Origin: the human T2T-CHM13v2.0 reference genome, Homo sapiens
Strand: one strand, 5' to 3'
DNA length: 64,000 nucleotides
Assembly: GCF_009914755.1 (NCBI RefSeq)
Contig: NC_060942.1
Shown: one piece after another, positions 27,695 through 43,138 of the stretch
How the letters are laid out: every line of letters begins with the position of its first letter
Numbering within the stretch: position 1 is the stretch's first letter
The notes under the pieces: generated by a model
What the model was told of the DNA's origin: nothing
Databases searched by the model: none
What the model saw: the letters and a program-made list of their open reading frames with translations, nothing else
Made by a program: the position numbers and the translations under genes

Positions 27695-27984
27695 ATTTTT
27701 AAGTGACAAGATCTCACTTTGTTGCGCAGGCTGGAGTATAGTGGCATGATCATAACTCACTGCAGCCTCGAACATTTAGGCTCAACTGATCCCCCTGCCT
27801 CAGCCTCCTGCGTAGCTGTGACTATAGGCACGCACAACCATGCCTGGCTAATTTTTAAATTTTTTGTAGAGACAAGATCTCACTGTGTTGCCCAGGCTGG
27901 TCTTGAACTCCTTGCCTCAAACGATCTTCCCACTTCAGCCTCCCAAAGTGCTAGGATTACAGGCCTGAGCCACTGCACCTGACT
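27695..27984 (-). mobile_element. AluJ-like element
   Basis: Diverged antisense Alu dimer. Confidence 0.88.
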
Positions 27985-30499
27985 GGGTTGTTTTTATTTG
28001 TTTGTTTGTTTTTTTAATCAAGGGAAATTTTTTAAAAGCTTCTCCACAATGGCAAATCTTCCTTTGCAAAGAGCAAATAGTTTTGCTCTTGGGGATAGAT
28101 TTGATTTTTGGTACCAGCCAAAATCCATTTAGAGTTAAGTCTTGTTCATTATATGGGTGATCAAACCAAATGATACAATTTTGGTGCAAAGGCAAGCACG
28201 ACTCAATTAGTGAGACTGACGTCCGAGTTACAAACTGATCTGTAGAGAAAGGTCAGGAAGGACCCACAGCAAACTGACAGCTGTGCCTGGGAAGGAAGTA
28301 AGGACAAAGGAACACTGATCTGTGCAGTAAAACTTTTATGGTAAGAATGTATTCATGTATTACCTTTGCAATTACAAAACATCCTCTGATCATGTAAACT
28401 GATGCTAAAGGCAGTAATGTTCTGGGCATCTATAGACTCCCAGAGTAATTCATTTGAACATGGTTTCTATGGTGGCTAAAATAATAATTTTAAATAAAAT
28501 GTATGAACATTTTTATCAACAAATTTATAGTAATCTTTTAAATATATAAGGTATTAGCATTAATAATCTAATAGTAAAATCTGTTGGTTTATTTTTTGCT
28601 TAGTCCTTGAAAGTTGGTGTGGTTTGTTCTGAAAAAAAAAAAGAGAAGAAGATTAAAAATTATCTTAATGATCATAACTCTGGGTGGCCCCTGTTGGGGA
28701 GGCTCACCAGGCTGGGGTCTGGCTCTTGGCAAAGCCCCAGCAGCTCTGTGACCTTGGGTGAAGGTCACAGAAAATCCCCTCTGAGCTCTGACTTCTTCTC
28801 ACATGTGAGACGAGGCAACTGGTGCTGAAATCAGGATGATGCCTGCCTGGATCTTGTGTGGTTCCACATTTTCCTGCTGCCTGGAACTTTCTCATTCCCA
28901 GGCTGATTCCTCTTGAAGTCCGATTGCTCACTAACCCCAGCACCAAGCTGGGAGAGGCACCTCATATTGCTTTTCCCCGCTAGCCCATTGCATTGTCCCA
29001 GAAATAGAAAGGATTCCCTTCCTTTTCTTCCAGCAGACCTTCCTAGATGATTTGTCTTTTCTCTTAAGGGACGTGCCCTAGATTGAGCAGAGTTGGGGGA
29101 TCTTGAATCTGAGAAGTCTGATGATGGATTCCCCAGGAGGAAGAAAGGGGGAGGTGCAGTCTCTGACAGCCAGGGGTACTGGCCTCACATCCAGGCTGTG
29201 ACTGCCATCTAGAGTGGAAAGGACGGTAGTGATAAAATATCAGGATGGTGGAGAGGCTGCATGAAAAAAGGGAGAAAACAGGGAAAATTGATTTTATCAG
29301 AAGGCAAAGGTGTTGCTGAATATCCAAAGATCAATTTCACCTCTTCTTTGAAATTCTCACTGTGGAACAGGGGAAAAATAGATTTCCAACTATTTGAGGC
29401 CATAAAATACATTCATTCACTGGGAGGTTAGCCCTTGGGTAGAATCAGAATACCCAGCAGTAGTCTTGCTTTACCGCAGACTGACCGAAGTGCCTAGAGA
29501 GGAATATGCCCTCTGTCCTCAGTTTCCCCCCATCTAAAATGAGGGATAACTGGCTTCATTCGGAGGCCTTCAATCTGTATCTTGCCATGAAGAACAGTAA
29601 GAAATACATTTTATATCACAACACAAAAGCCTCCTATAATGCAATTAAGGCAGAGGTTTTACAAAACAATACTTACAGTGTGCTCAGATCATTTCTGTTC
29701 TGTTTCAGTTTTTGGAATGCTGGCTGTGACCCACTTAAATGGATTTTCCAGCTCTCTAAGAGGCTGCAAAGCACATGGTGGAAAACACTGTGTTCAGTGC
29801 TCTCCCTGGTTGTTTCCAGTCCCCACATCTGATCATTCCTGGGGTCCTCTGTGTGTGTGTGGAAAGGAGAGTGTAGCTGAGAGCATAAGCCCAGCAGGGT
29901 TCGGGCGTGGTGTGGCCTTGCACACGTGGACGCATGGCAGCAGGCGACAGCCCATGGTGCAGCACAAGGGAACCCTCAGTAAGTCATGGCTGCAGACGAC
30001 TGTCCTTTAATAATATGAGATGTACTGGTTGGAAGAAAAATGATCCAATAAATACAGAAATGAAAAGGATTATAAAATAGTGCTACGAACAATTGTATGC
30101 AAACCAATTGGATAACCTAGATGAAATGAAAAGATATTAGAAACAGCCTACCAAGACTGAATCATGAAGAAATAGAAAATCTTAATAGATCTATAGCTAG
30201 TAAGGAGATTGAACCAATGGTCTAAAATCTCCAACCTGGACCACATGGCTTCAGTAGTGAATTCTACCAAACATTTAAAGAATTGACATCAATCCTTCTT
30301 AAACTTCTAGAAATTTCAAGAGGTGGGAACACTTCCTAACTCATTATGAGATGAGGCCAGCATTCCTGATACCAAAGCCAGACAAAGACACAACAGAAAA
30401 AGATAACCATAGACTAATATTTCTTATAAATATTGATGCAAAAGTCCTCAACAAAATACTAGCAAACTAAATTCAGCAGTATATTAAAAGGGTTATACT

Positions 30500-30830
<331 letters not shown>

Positions 30831-31006
30831 TTATACATCATCAACAAGTGGGGGATTTATTCCCAGAAGGCAAGGATGGTTCCATACATGAAATTCAGTC
30901 AGTGTCATACACTACATTAACAGAATGAAGTTGGGGGTCCCAAACTTCATTCAGTAGGTCCCAAGTTCTTGTCCCACAATCATCTCAGTTGATGCAGAAA
31001 TAGTAT

Positions 31007-32843
31007 TGTCACAGGATCCTTAGGGTGTCACTTCGCCAGTCAGAAACCTTTGTGGCTGGTGGTGCCTTCTGCCTGAGTATTGCTCATGCCCACTGGGCTC
31101 ATCCTGCCCACTTCCCCTGGCAGGCTGCGCTCAGCTCACGTTACTGGCCCAGATCCCACACCTGCCAAGGGCAAGCCAGGCACAGAATGGTGAGGGGTGT
31201 GTGAGCAAGTGAGTGCAAGGTCCAGCCACTGTGCACAGCCAGGTGCGCTGGTTGCTGCAGCAGGGCAGGCAGCTCCAGGTACTGGCACAGGTGCTTGCTC
31301 TGTGCAAGGCTGCAGCTGGACCAGATACACTGCATGCAGCATCCACTGCAGGCACTTGCGTCTGGATGAGGGGAATGTGATGGTACCCGGAAGCTTGGAG
31401 ACACCAGGAACTGCAGAGTCCCAAAGATGGTGTCACAGCCCTGGCCAGGAGAACCCTAGGTCTGGGCTGCCCTAAGGGTCACAGCTCTTCTTTCCTTCTT
31501 GTCCCCCACAGTGTGGTGAGTGGAGGGGCATGTTTCAGCCCTGTTTATGTTACAGCTCTTTTAGTCCCACCATTCGGCCAGTCACAAGTTCTTGTCCCAC
31601 ATCCAAGAAGAATGAGGTACATGGACAACTGGTGGGTGAGAAGTTGGAGAGAAGCTTCATTGAGCAACAGAACAGCTCTCAGGAGACCCAGACTGGATAG
31701 CTCCTTTCTGTAGGCAGGTCATCCTGATGTCTGTCTGTCCAGCTCAGATCAGAGAGGAGACCCACAGTGGGTAGCTCCTTTCCCCAGACAGGTCATCCCA
31801 ATGTCTGTCTGTCAATGGGTAGCTCCTTTCTGTAGGCAGGTCATCCTGATGTCTGTCCAGCTCAGAGCAGAGAGGAGACCCATAGAGGGTAGCTCCTTTC
31901 CCCAGACAGGTCATCCCAATGTCTGTCTGTCAATGGGTAGCTCCTTTCCTCAGGCAGGTCATGCCAATAAGTGTCTAGCCGTCAGTGGAGAGGAGACCTG
32001 CAGTGAGTAGCTCCTATCCACAGGCAGGTTGATCCGATGTCTGTTCAAGTCAAACTGAATCCAGGATTTTTAATGAGCTCAAAAGGGAGGAAGTGCATGC
32101 TGATTGGTCCATGGACGGCCACAGGCAGGCCCAGAAAAAGCATCCTAAGTTCTTACTCTGGTCTGTGGACTCCACTCAGAACTGACAGCTTGGCCCCCAT
32201 GCTTTAGGCCATTCCTGGCTTGAAGGTGGGGCTTCAGCAGGGACCTGCCCCTTTTTGCCCAGGAGCCTGTCTGCCTCCTGCTGCCATCAGTCATGTACAC
32301 GGTGCCCAGGCTGTTGGTGTCAAGGGGCACCTGCAGGCCCACACCAACCCACCCTCAGCCCACCCCTGCCTCAGCCTCCCACTGATGCTCGTCAGCACCC
32401 AAAGTCCGGAGGGGGCTGAGGTGGCAGGGGGCTGGCATATCAGCGCTGCCCCAAATTGTGACACACCTGGCCAAATTGTGACACACCTGGCCAAATTGTG
32501 ACAGTGCCCAGGCTCAGCCTCAGCTTTGCTCCAAAATTGGAGCAGGCAGCAGGAGCGGGGAGAAGCCAGGTAGCAGGAGCAGGCACTTCTGAGCCTGCAG
32601 GGGCAGGGGACTTCGCTAGGACCCTGAGAGCACAGGGATGCCCTGGGTCCGCAGCTGCAGCTTTGTGACTGCAGCTGCACCCAGGAGGGCAGGGCTCCTG
32701 CCCTACCAACTCAGAAGAGGGCAGGGCTCCCACCTGTTCCTGGCTCTCACCGGCTCCGTGGAGCACACAGCCCTGGCCATGCCTCCCCTGCTGCAGCCAG
32801 CATCTTCACAGCAGCTGCTCCAGATGGGCCACCACTGCCATCA
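31007..32843 (-). mobile_element. ERV1-class solo LTR, MER52-like (~1.84 kb)
   Basis: TG...CA termini; the minus strand starts tgatggcagtggtggcccatctggagc as in recalled MER52; 4-bp TSD gtat/gtgt splits an L1 motif; internal tandem repeats at about 31690-32030 and 32451-32502. Confidence 0.8.
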
Positions 32844-33974
32844 GTGTTTGATGAAATTCAACATACTTTCATGATAGAAACCCTCAACAAAGTAGGATGG
32901 AAGGAAGCTACTTCAACATCATAAAGGCTATCTATGAAAAGCCCACAGCTTACATCATACTTAATGGTAAAAGACTGAAAGCTTTTCCTGTAAGACCGGG
33001 AACAAGACAAGGATGCCTGCTTTCACTACTTCTGTTCAACATAGTATTAATTAGACGTTCTAGCCAGAGCAATTAGGCAAGAAAAAGAAATAAAAGACAT
33101 TCCAAGTGGAAAGGAAGAAGTAAAAGTATCTGTTAGAAGATGACATGACCTTATGTGTAAAAACTCTAAAGATTCTATTTTAAAAATAACCCAAAAAGTG
33201 TCAGAACTAATGAATTTGGCAAAGTTAGCAGGATACAGAATCAACATGCAAAAATCAATTGCATTTATTTTCATGTACAATGAACAATTCGGTAAGGAAA
33301 TTAAGAAAATTCCATTTTCAATAGCATCAAAAAAAGAGAATACTTAGAAATATACTTACCCAAGGAGGTGAAAGACTTGTGCACTGAGCAATAGAAAGCG
33401 TTGCTGAAAGAAATGGAAGAAAATACAAATAAATGGAAAGATATCTTGTATTCATGAATTGGAAGACTTAACTATTTTTAAGATGTTAGTACTACTAAAA
33501 GCAGTGTACAGACTTCAGTGTAATCGCTTTTGAAATCCCAATGAGGCTTTTTGCAGAAATAGGAAAAATAATCCATCCTAACGTTTATATATTATCTCAA
33601 GGGACCCTAAATATCCACAATAATCTCAAAAAAAAAAAAAAAAGATTTGAAAAGTTAAAGGTCTCACAATTCCTGATTTCAAGACTTACTACAAAGCTGT
33701 AGTAAGTTTTGTAGTGTGGTGCTGGGATATAGACAAATATATAGACCAGTGGAATAGAACAGAGAGTCCAGAGATAAACCCTCAAATATATGGTCAAGTA
33801 ATTTTCAGAAAGGATGCCAAGGCCATTCAATGGGGAAAGGACAGCCTTTTCAGAGTGGTGATGGGGGATCTGGATAGCCACATGCAAAAGAGTGACATTG
33901 GACCCTTATAACATATTCAAAAATTAACTCAAATGGACAAAAATATAAACATAAGAGCTAAAACTTTGAAATTC

Positions 33975-34270
33975 AGCCTTAGTTTGACTGCTAGAACAAA
34001 GTACCGTAGACCGGGTGGCTTATAAACAGCAAACACTGATTTCTCATTCTGGAGGTCAGACATGAGAGACCACAGTGCCAGCACGGTTGGGTTCGGATGA
34101 GGCCACTCTTCCCGGTGGCAAACTGCCACCTTCTCTTGTGGAAAGAGCTTGCTAGCCTCCAGCCTCTTCTTATAAGGGTACTGGTCCCATTCATGAGGAC
34201 TCCACCCTCATTACCTAATTACCTAGCAAAGATTCCACCTCCAAATACCATAACATTGGAGTATTTCCCA
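33975..34270. mobile_element. MaLR LTR (MLT1/MST-type)
   Basis: 'gctagaacaaagtaccgtagaccgggtggcttataaac...cccattcatgaggactccaccctcattacctaattacc'. Confidence 0.75.
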
Positions 34271-34785
34271 TCTCCCCCCAAAAAAGTGCCAAATGGTCTG
34301 ATGTAAAAGGAAAAAAATTCAGTCACTGTGCTCCAGATCTGCAAATTGCACATCTTGATTTTCAGCACCATAAAGACAATCATTTGGAAGATCCGGTGAT
34401 ATTTTTTCTCTTTAATGCAAATGTTTTGGTGTCAAGCAGATTGAATTTGTGGGGAGTTTTCCTGTTAGTGTGGCTGTTCACTGACCATTCAGAAGGAAGA
34501 AAATGTGAAACAGATTGCTCAAGTGTAAAGGAGTCTGAAAATGTCTGTCCTCAAGCCTGCAAGATTTGGAACCGTTCTGCGTCCCTTTTCCATAGATATA
34601 GGAATAATAAGTCTGGATTCAGTAGAGTCATTTGACCAGCCAGCCCCTCAGGGTGGTCCCTGGGTCTGGGCAGCCATGCTCTCCGGAGCTGCCCTTGGGG
34701 GCAACTTCCAGGGCCAAGCCAGAGAGGCCAGAGCTCTAGACTAACGTTAGAGTTCCAAGTGTACGCAGCAGAGAAGACAGCTATG

Positions 34786-34786
<1 letters not shown>

Positions 34787-34818
<32 letters not shown>
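34787..34818. repeat. (TG)n microsatellite
   Basis: About 16 TG units. Confidence 0.95.
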
Positions 34819-34819
<1 letters not shown>

Positions 34820-35015
34820 TTGTGCCTTCTGTGGATATCGGCTAGGGACTGTCTCAGGAAAGCCTCTGCCTTTGGCGTGTTTACTGCTGTCAAAACCCTG
34901 CCCACAGCCTTATAGACCCCAAAGAAAAATGTTCTCATCCTACTCAGAGATGTTCAAACAGGAGTGATTGTCTGACAGTGACTACACTCACAGGAGAATG
35001 ACAAACAGCAAGGCC

Positions 35016-35242
35016 CAGCTGTCCCTTGGTACCCTCAGGGGATTGGTTCTAGGACCTCCAAATAACACCACAGTCCCAGCATGCTCAAGTCCCGCAGTCT
35101 GTCCTGCTGAACCCATGGACAAAAAAGGTCGGCCCCTCCGTATGAGAGGCTTTTCCATCTCATGAATACACATTGGGTTGAAAAAAATCTGCGTTTTAGT
35201 GGAACAGCCAGGTTTAAACACATGTTGTTCAACGGTCCACTG
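35016..35242. mobile_element. TcMar-Tigger MITE (MER8/MER2-like)
   Basis: Starts cagctgtcccttggta..ggggattggttc, ends tgttgttcaacggtccactg followed by TA. Confidence 0.7.
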
Positions 35243-35329
35243 TATTCATTCACAATACAGATTTCATTTTAGAAAAAAAAAAAAAGCCCAAAGGAAAATA
35301 AAGACTTTTCACAAAGTTGAATGTTATAA

Positions 35330-36115
<786 letters not shown>

Positions 36116-36432
36116 TAATGTTTTAATAGCGCAGATAGTCTTTATGCAGTGGCGGGCCATTGGTCTGTGTAGCAGCTGGGGTTCTTCTGAAACCAAGTAG
36201 CCAGAGCCAGAGAAGAACTTGCCTGTAAGGAGACTCTTGGTTAATGCAGCGCCCAACCTTAAGAGAAAGCTCCTGAAGAAATCTGGAATTAACACAACAT
36301 TGCTTAAGCTGCCCCCATTCCTCAGCCTTTCCATTCAAAACACCACCTTTGGAATACTGTTTAAAAAAATAAGGAAATGTCAATGAACTTGTTGTCTTTA
36401 AAGGAATATCTTAAAAGAGATAATGGAAATTA

Positions 36433-36818
<386 letters not shown>

Positions 36819-36829
36819 CTACCGTTTGC

Positions 36830-37150
36830 TGAAGCTTATTTAAGGCACTATGCTAAGGAATTCTCATAAATGGTATTTGAGCCTCATGACAACCTCTTTT
36901 TACAAATAAGGGAACTGAGGCTGGGAGAAACTAAATGAGCTGCCTGAGATCACAGTTTGGAAAGTGGCAGAAGCTGAGCTCGGTGGCACACACCTGTAGT
37001 CCCAGCTATCCGGGAGGCTGAGGTGGGAGGATGTGTTTGAGGCCAGGAGTTCAATGCTATGAGCACATTTATGAAAATGTGCTGCTCTCCAGCCTGGGCA
37101 ACATAGACTTTGTCTCTTAAAAAATAATAAATGAAAATGTTTTAAATTTA
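36830..37150. mobile_element. MIR fragment followed by a diverged Alu monomer
   Basis: 'tttttacaaataagggaactgaggct' then 'cctgtagtcccagcta...ccagcctgggcaaca'. Confidence 0.65.
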
Positions 37151-38851
37151 AAAATGAAAAGCATGGCCAGAATTCTAGCCTATGCAATGGCTACCTACCT
37201 CAGAGACTTCTTACCCTTACAGATGTATACCTATGCTGATAGTGGTAGCCTCCATCTGTATAATATTAAATTGTCATCAGATAATTCTTGTTACCTTTTT
37301 TGTTACTGCCTTTGTTCCAGGGAGAAAATAAGAGAATAAAAACATGCTTGCAAGGCAGTGCACATACAAGAGGCCTCTGAAAGCTGCTGCCAGACCTGTG
37401 TGCCCCCAGAGCAGGTGCCCTCTCGTAAGCATCCTGGGGCAGGTATAACAGCCCCTGATAAGTCCTGCTCAGTGCGATGTGGGTCTCAAGGAACTGGTCC
37501 TTATAATGGTCAAACATGAGTGATTTGAGAGTAACGTAACTTAAAAAGTAAACTAGAATTCATTCAAAGTGATCCCTAGAGTAATGTCCCTCTAACCCAC
37601 TGGCATTCCAGGATGCTTTCTTGAGTTTCTTGGGTTTAGAGTGACTCCATGAGCCCTGGGAACTGTGCAGAGCCCCTGTCTCCCAGCCCTTGGGGACATG
37701 CAGCACCAGTGTCTGTTGGACATGTGCACATCTGCTCACATGTTGCAATGGAAGAGGACTGAGACCCGCTGCAAGGAAGTATTCCGTACATGTATAGTGA
37801 GGTCATTAATGAACAGCTGGGTGAATGGCTGCCTCCCTTTTGGTTGTTATTACAAGGAAATAGCCTACAAGACAGGGAATGCATTTCAGCCTGTATGAAG
37901 TTATTAACAAAGTTTTGTTCCTATTGCTTAAAATTCTGTGAACTACTTTAAGTATTATCTTATTTCACAGCTTATTTTGAGTGATACAACAATGTAAGCA
38001 TTAGCCAAGAACATCAGTGCCTTCATTGTTGATTAAAATTGGCCCCATAATGAGTATGCGGGAATGTTGCCATCTGAGCGGCAGCCAGCTGTGTAGTGAG
38101 CCCCCTTCTCCCTGAAAATGTTCTCCGTAGCATGTGGGGTGAGTGAAGAGACCCCCAACCTAGACAAGGGAGACACATCTTTGTACTCAGCTATCTGCAC
38201 TCTCTCAGTTGGCACAAGCCCCTTGGAGGACACCAGTCACAGAGTCACACCCTCGTTTGACAGAGATGGAGCAGGAGCCAGCAGGCTTCATCAGCAGCAT
38301 GAGAGGTTTAAGGGCTAAGGACGGTGACCTTGCCAACAATCAGCGTGTGACAGCCTTGGTGGAATGACCAGAGAAGGCTGTGGAGCGAGCATCAGCTAAT
38401 GGTACGGGGTGGTTGGGATTCAGCCTTTCTAGAACTCCGGTCAGTCTTCCCATCTGGGTTTTCTGGGTAGCAGCCTGGGGCACAGAGCTGGAATGCCAGC
38501 CTTCTCGGGTTTTGGCCTCAAGCTCTTCCACCACAGCATGTTGTAGTTATAATGTCCCCATGTACTGTGTGGGTGAAAGGCCTGGGAAAAAAAGTTTCCT
38601 ATAAAAGTAAATAAATTGGGGCAGGGGGCAATTGTCAGTAAATAGTTAAATAAATTATTATGTAGTCATAATTTTTGTTATATTATTATACCTCAATAAA
38701 GCTGGAAAAAACTGGTGGTGATAGAGGAAAGTGCTTATGTTATACTCTGTGAAGAAGAGAATACACAACTCTGGCCACATTATGGTTACAACTGTATAAA
38801 TTTAATATATGCAAATGAACAAGCATTAGAAAAGCACTTAAAGAAAGAAAT

Positions 38852-39172
<321 letters not shown>

Positions 39173-40021
39173 TCAAGTATTAGGATGATGGGACTGTAGA
39201 TGCATTTCCTCCCATTTTAGATTTTTAATTTTGCTGTTACATTCCTGCAAAAAACAAAAGCCAGGCAGGAAAAGTTCCCATCTCCAGGCCATCCCGTCTG
39301 GCAGATGTCCCAAGGCAGGAATGGCCTGAACTCCTCTCTACCAGTGGCCAACTCTCCTGCTCCAGGCTTGGTTCTCAGGCTTTGAGAACCTCAGGGCAGA
39401 ACACCTTTTTCCACCCCAGCAAGCAAAATGAATAGGTAACAATTGTGCCCTTGTTTTGAGCAACAGGAGCAGATGGGACCTACACTGGTGGGCTGGCCTG
39501 GGAAAGGTCCAGGGCTGGCTTGGCCCGGGCAGCAAGGCTGAGGAAGGTGATGTGGCGGGGAGGAGACCCCAGGGCTGCAGGCATGCCCTGCGTTACCCTC
39601 TGCACCCCTTTCCTGGCCTCAGGAACTCTCTGTGGGATGCGTTAGAAGACCTGCTGACAGGCCGGATAAGGCCAATGAGAGAGGGAACGGAGAAGAGGGG
39701 CACCTGGGTTCACAGGCCTTAAGAAAGAATTTAGTTACTTATTTAACAAATTAAACAATGTGTGTCACGCATGTAGGTCTGGGAAATGCATTATTAAAAA
39801 CACACAGTGCAGAGGTGCAGCACCAGCATACGGGTGGATTTGGGACTCTAAAATGGCTTTGGTTGTGTGTGGTACAAGGGAGAATGTATACATGTATTAC
39901 GTGTGTAGTTTTTTAAAGTACACATATAGAGGAAAAGATGAGACAAGTCTGATGAGATGTCAACAGCAACAATTCTTAGTTGTGGGTGCTGTGAATTTCC
40001 CAGAGAGGAGGAGAGTCCTTT

Positions 40022-40350
40022 AGCTGGGCATGGTGATTTCAGCACTTTAGCAGGCTGAGGCAGGATCACTTGAGCCCAGGAGTTCAAGATCAGCTTGGGC
40101 AGCATAGCGAGATCCCCATCTCAATAGATGGATTAGATGGATGGATAGGTAAATAGAGAGAGAGAGAGATACAGATATTTAGATAGATAGCCTAGATTGC
40201 TTGATGAATGGATAAGTTGGATAGGCAGAGACAAATGGATAGAGATAGATTAGAAGGATAGATGGATAGATTAGATGGATGAATGAATAGAGAGAAACAG
40301 ATTAGACAGAGATAGATGGATCCATCGATTGATTAGATAGGTTAAGATAG
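40022..40350 (+). repeat. FLAM-like Alu monomer followed by a degenerate (GATA/GGAT)n tract
   Basis: Alu left arm 40022-40122, then tagatgga/gataga repeats. Confidence 0.8.
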
Positions 40351-40359
40351 TCCTTGCAT

Positions 40360-41600
40360 TCAGGCAAGCCACAGCAGGTGCCGCCTAGGGCAGCGGCCTC
40401 TGCCCAGACACTCAGTGCTGCAGAACAGGAGGGAGGCCGGGGCCTGTGGCGGGCGAGGGAAATGCGGGGCCCGAGGACTGGGGTGAGGGAGAGAGGCGGC
40501 GGCCCAGAGGAGCAGCAGGCGCGCCTCTGGCGGTTTCCTGTCCGGGCTGGCGGGGCCGCCAGTCGGCGTGGGGTGCGGCAAGGGGAGCGGGGCGCTGGGT
40601 CAGCCGAGGGCCGGGCCTCGGGGGCGCAGCCGGACTGGACGGCGGCTCCTGTGGGCACTTGGCCGGGTTTGCTGGTTTTTCGGGAAATAAGGCCACTGGG
40701 GACAGTCACTACGTTTTCAGGAACCGCTCAGCCCCTCTGAGTGCCCCGCAGATGGACCTGGCGGCGTTCCTGGCTACGGCTGACTGGGCTCCCGGAGCTA
40801 GGAGCGCCCCTGCGGGCCCAGCCTGGGCCCTGGGCGGTGGGAGGGCCTCCGCCCCCTTCCCGCTTCCGCCCCGCTGGCGCCGGACCCCCGCCCTCGTCTG
40901 TGCCTGCCAGGCCGGGCCCTTCCCTCCCGTCACAGGCGGTCCCTGAGCCCACCCTTCGTCTCCGAGCAGCTGGACCGCCGTATACGTTTGCCACTGATTC
41001 CAGGATGTCCCCGAGTATCTTAGGAAAGGGCCGTGTTGGACAAACGCGGGGCTCGGTGTTTCTTCCGCGCCGTCCCTCGCTGCTGGCGCCGGGGCCGTCG
41101 GAGGCTCAGTGATGGCCCAGCCCGCCCGTTTCCGAGAATTCCCCAAACGCGGGCCCCTACACGCTGAGTTCGCGCTCTCCCGTGACGGCCGACAGCCCCG
41201 CGGACCCTGCTGACAGCCACACTCTGGGCTGAAAAGGGTACCACGCGTACTTTTTTTCCCAGCACGCGTGGGGCCTTGGAAAGAACCTTTACTGAGGCCT
41301 GTGGCTGGCCTGTCACCTTGTCAATCTGGCCAAACGTTTTTGAAAAAGGATGCTAACTCACCAGATGTGAAGTTGCATCTGCCCTGTGAATAGGTGGACT
41401 GGAGAAGACACTCGCTGGAGGATCCTGAGCCCAGGCTCGGAAAGGGCCGTCCACCTGCGAGCGCGGACTTGCGCCTCTGCTGGAGGCCGGGCAGGGCACG
41501 GGCGGGCCCCGGGCCACCTCTGCCAGGGCTTCCTCAACCCAGCCTGCCCTCATCGGGCGGCCACTGAATGCGGCTGGACAGTCATCTTGAATGTATTTCA
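40360..41600. promoter_or_regulatory. LDLRAD4: Intragenic CpG island (candidate internal promoter)
   Basis: About 1.2 kb of very high GC and CpG density with GC boxes (ccgccc). Confidence 0.85.
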
Positions 41601-41609
41601 AGCACACAG
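41568..41609 (+). CDS. LDLRAD4: Candidate alternative first coding exon of LDLRAD4 (MRLDSHLECISSTQ, phase 0)
   Basis: ATG 41568, donor CAG|GTGTAG at 41610; phase matches exon 42212; predicts a 208-aa isoform without the TM segment. Confidence 0.6.
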
Positions 41610-41701
41610 GTGTAGAGAGTGAGCCATATTCCACTTCAAATCTAATCTGGCCAGGAGTTCAACTTTTCCATGTTTCCTTTTGTTCACAGCCCTCCATGTA
41701 G

Positions 41702-42086
<385 letters not shown>

Positions 42087-42211
42087 TCGCTCCACGTTTT
42101 ATGCAGATCCCCGTTTCCAGAAGTTGTGCTTCATGTTTTTAGGTGCGGCGGGGCTAATGATTTTCCTCTGTTTCTTGTTCCCCCCACTCTCCTCCCCTTC
42201 CCCTCCGCCAG

Positions 42212-42265
42212 GAAGGGTGCCTGTGGCCTTCAGACAGCGCCGCACCGCGGCTGGGCGCCTCGGAG
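42212..42265 (+). CDS. LDLRAD4: LDLRAD4 54-nt in-frame cassette exon (EGCLWPSDSAAPRLGASE)
   Basis: C-rich pyrimidine tract plus CAG at 42209-42211, donor GAG|GTAAG; phase 0/0; GCLWPS motif shared with PMEPA1. Confidence 0.93.
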
Positions 42266-42675
42266 GTAAGGGGCCCCAGGAGGTGATGGCTGCGGGGGGC
42301 GGGGGGGGTGGGTGGGGATGAAGGGGGCGTGTCCCTGCCACGTGGGGTGGAAGGGGAGGGGCCTCACCACGTGGGCTGACACTTTTGGAGGAAGGCATTG
42401 CCTAGAACTTTGGTCAAAAGCGGGAGGGGACTTCCCCTAGAATCTTCCAGGGATTATTCCTGCTAGTCTAAAGCTCCTTATCAAAAACAATTTGAGAATC
42501 ACTTATCTTTACATGATCCCGTAAGCTTCTACTAATGTGCCTTGGCAAGTGGGCATGGTTTATAAATATCATAGCATGATTCATTCCCACATCTCCAAGT
42601 GTAATAATGTGGATTTTAAAATAACATGTTTTTGCCTTTAAGTTAAAAATATTGGTGTGAGAGAAATCAATATCT

Positions 42676-42787
42676 GTATGTACGTGTGTAGATATGTGTG
42701 TATATTAAATGCATGTATATACACATATATGTATACACACATACACATCTATGCATATATGCGTGTGTGTGTGTATGTACGTATATA
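42676..42787. repeat. Mixed TA/TG/CA low-complexity repeat
   Basis: Alternating purine-pyrimidine runs. Confidence 0.8.
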
Positions 42788-43138
42788 AAAGAGCCGTCTC
42801 CTAGAAGAAACTGGGATGGTAGAACAAATGAGAAGATTTTGTAAGAAATGTACTACCTGGATTCATTTTGAAAAAATAAATTATTATAATCATATTTATT
42901 TGAGTAAAAAATATTTTTCATGTCAGTGACTAAAAATAACTACAGGAAACTTTTATTCAGATTCCAGATAACTGGAAAAGTCTAGGAGCCACAAAGAAAA
43001 AACAGTCATTTTGGGGGGAATTTGTTAAAAAGTAATTGGCAATGATCTTCTCTAAGTAATTAATAAATCGACCCAATGCTTTGTATCTGCTCCACGTACC
43101 ACTGTGTGAAGTTATAACTTCTGCTTACTCAGAGTTCT

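Noticed and set aside
31690-32030. Repeat-spacer-like pattern suggestive of a CRISPR array
   Set aside because: Eukaryotic LTR-internal tandem repeats; the spacers are themselves repeated and there are no cas genes
40446-41146. ORFs of 123-166 aa in the CpG island, including the ATG at 40752
   Set aside because: Expected in very GC-rich DNA; the ATG 40752 frame stops at 40946 with no clear compatible donor (at most a uORF)
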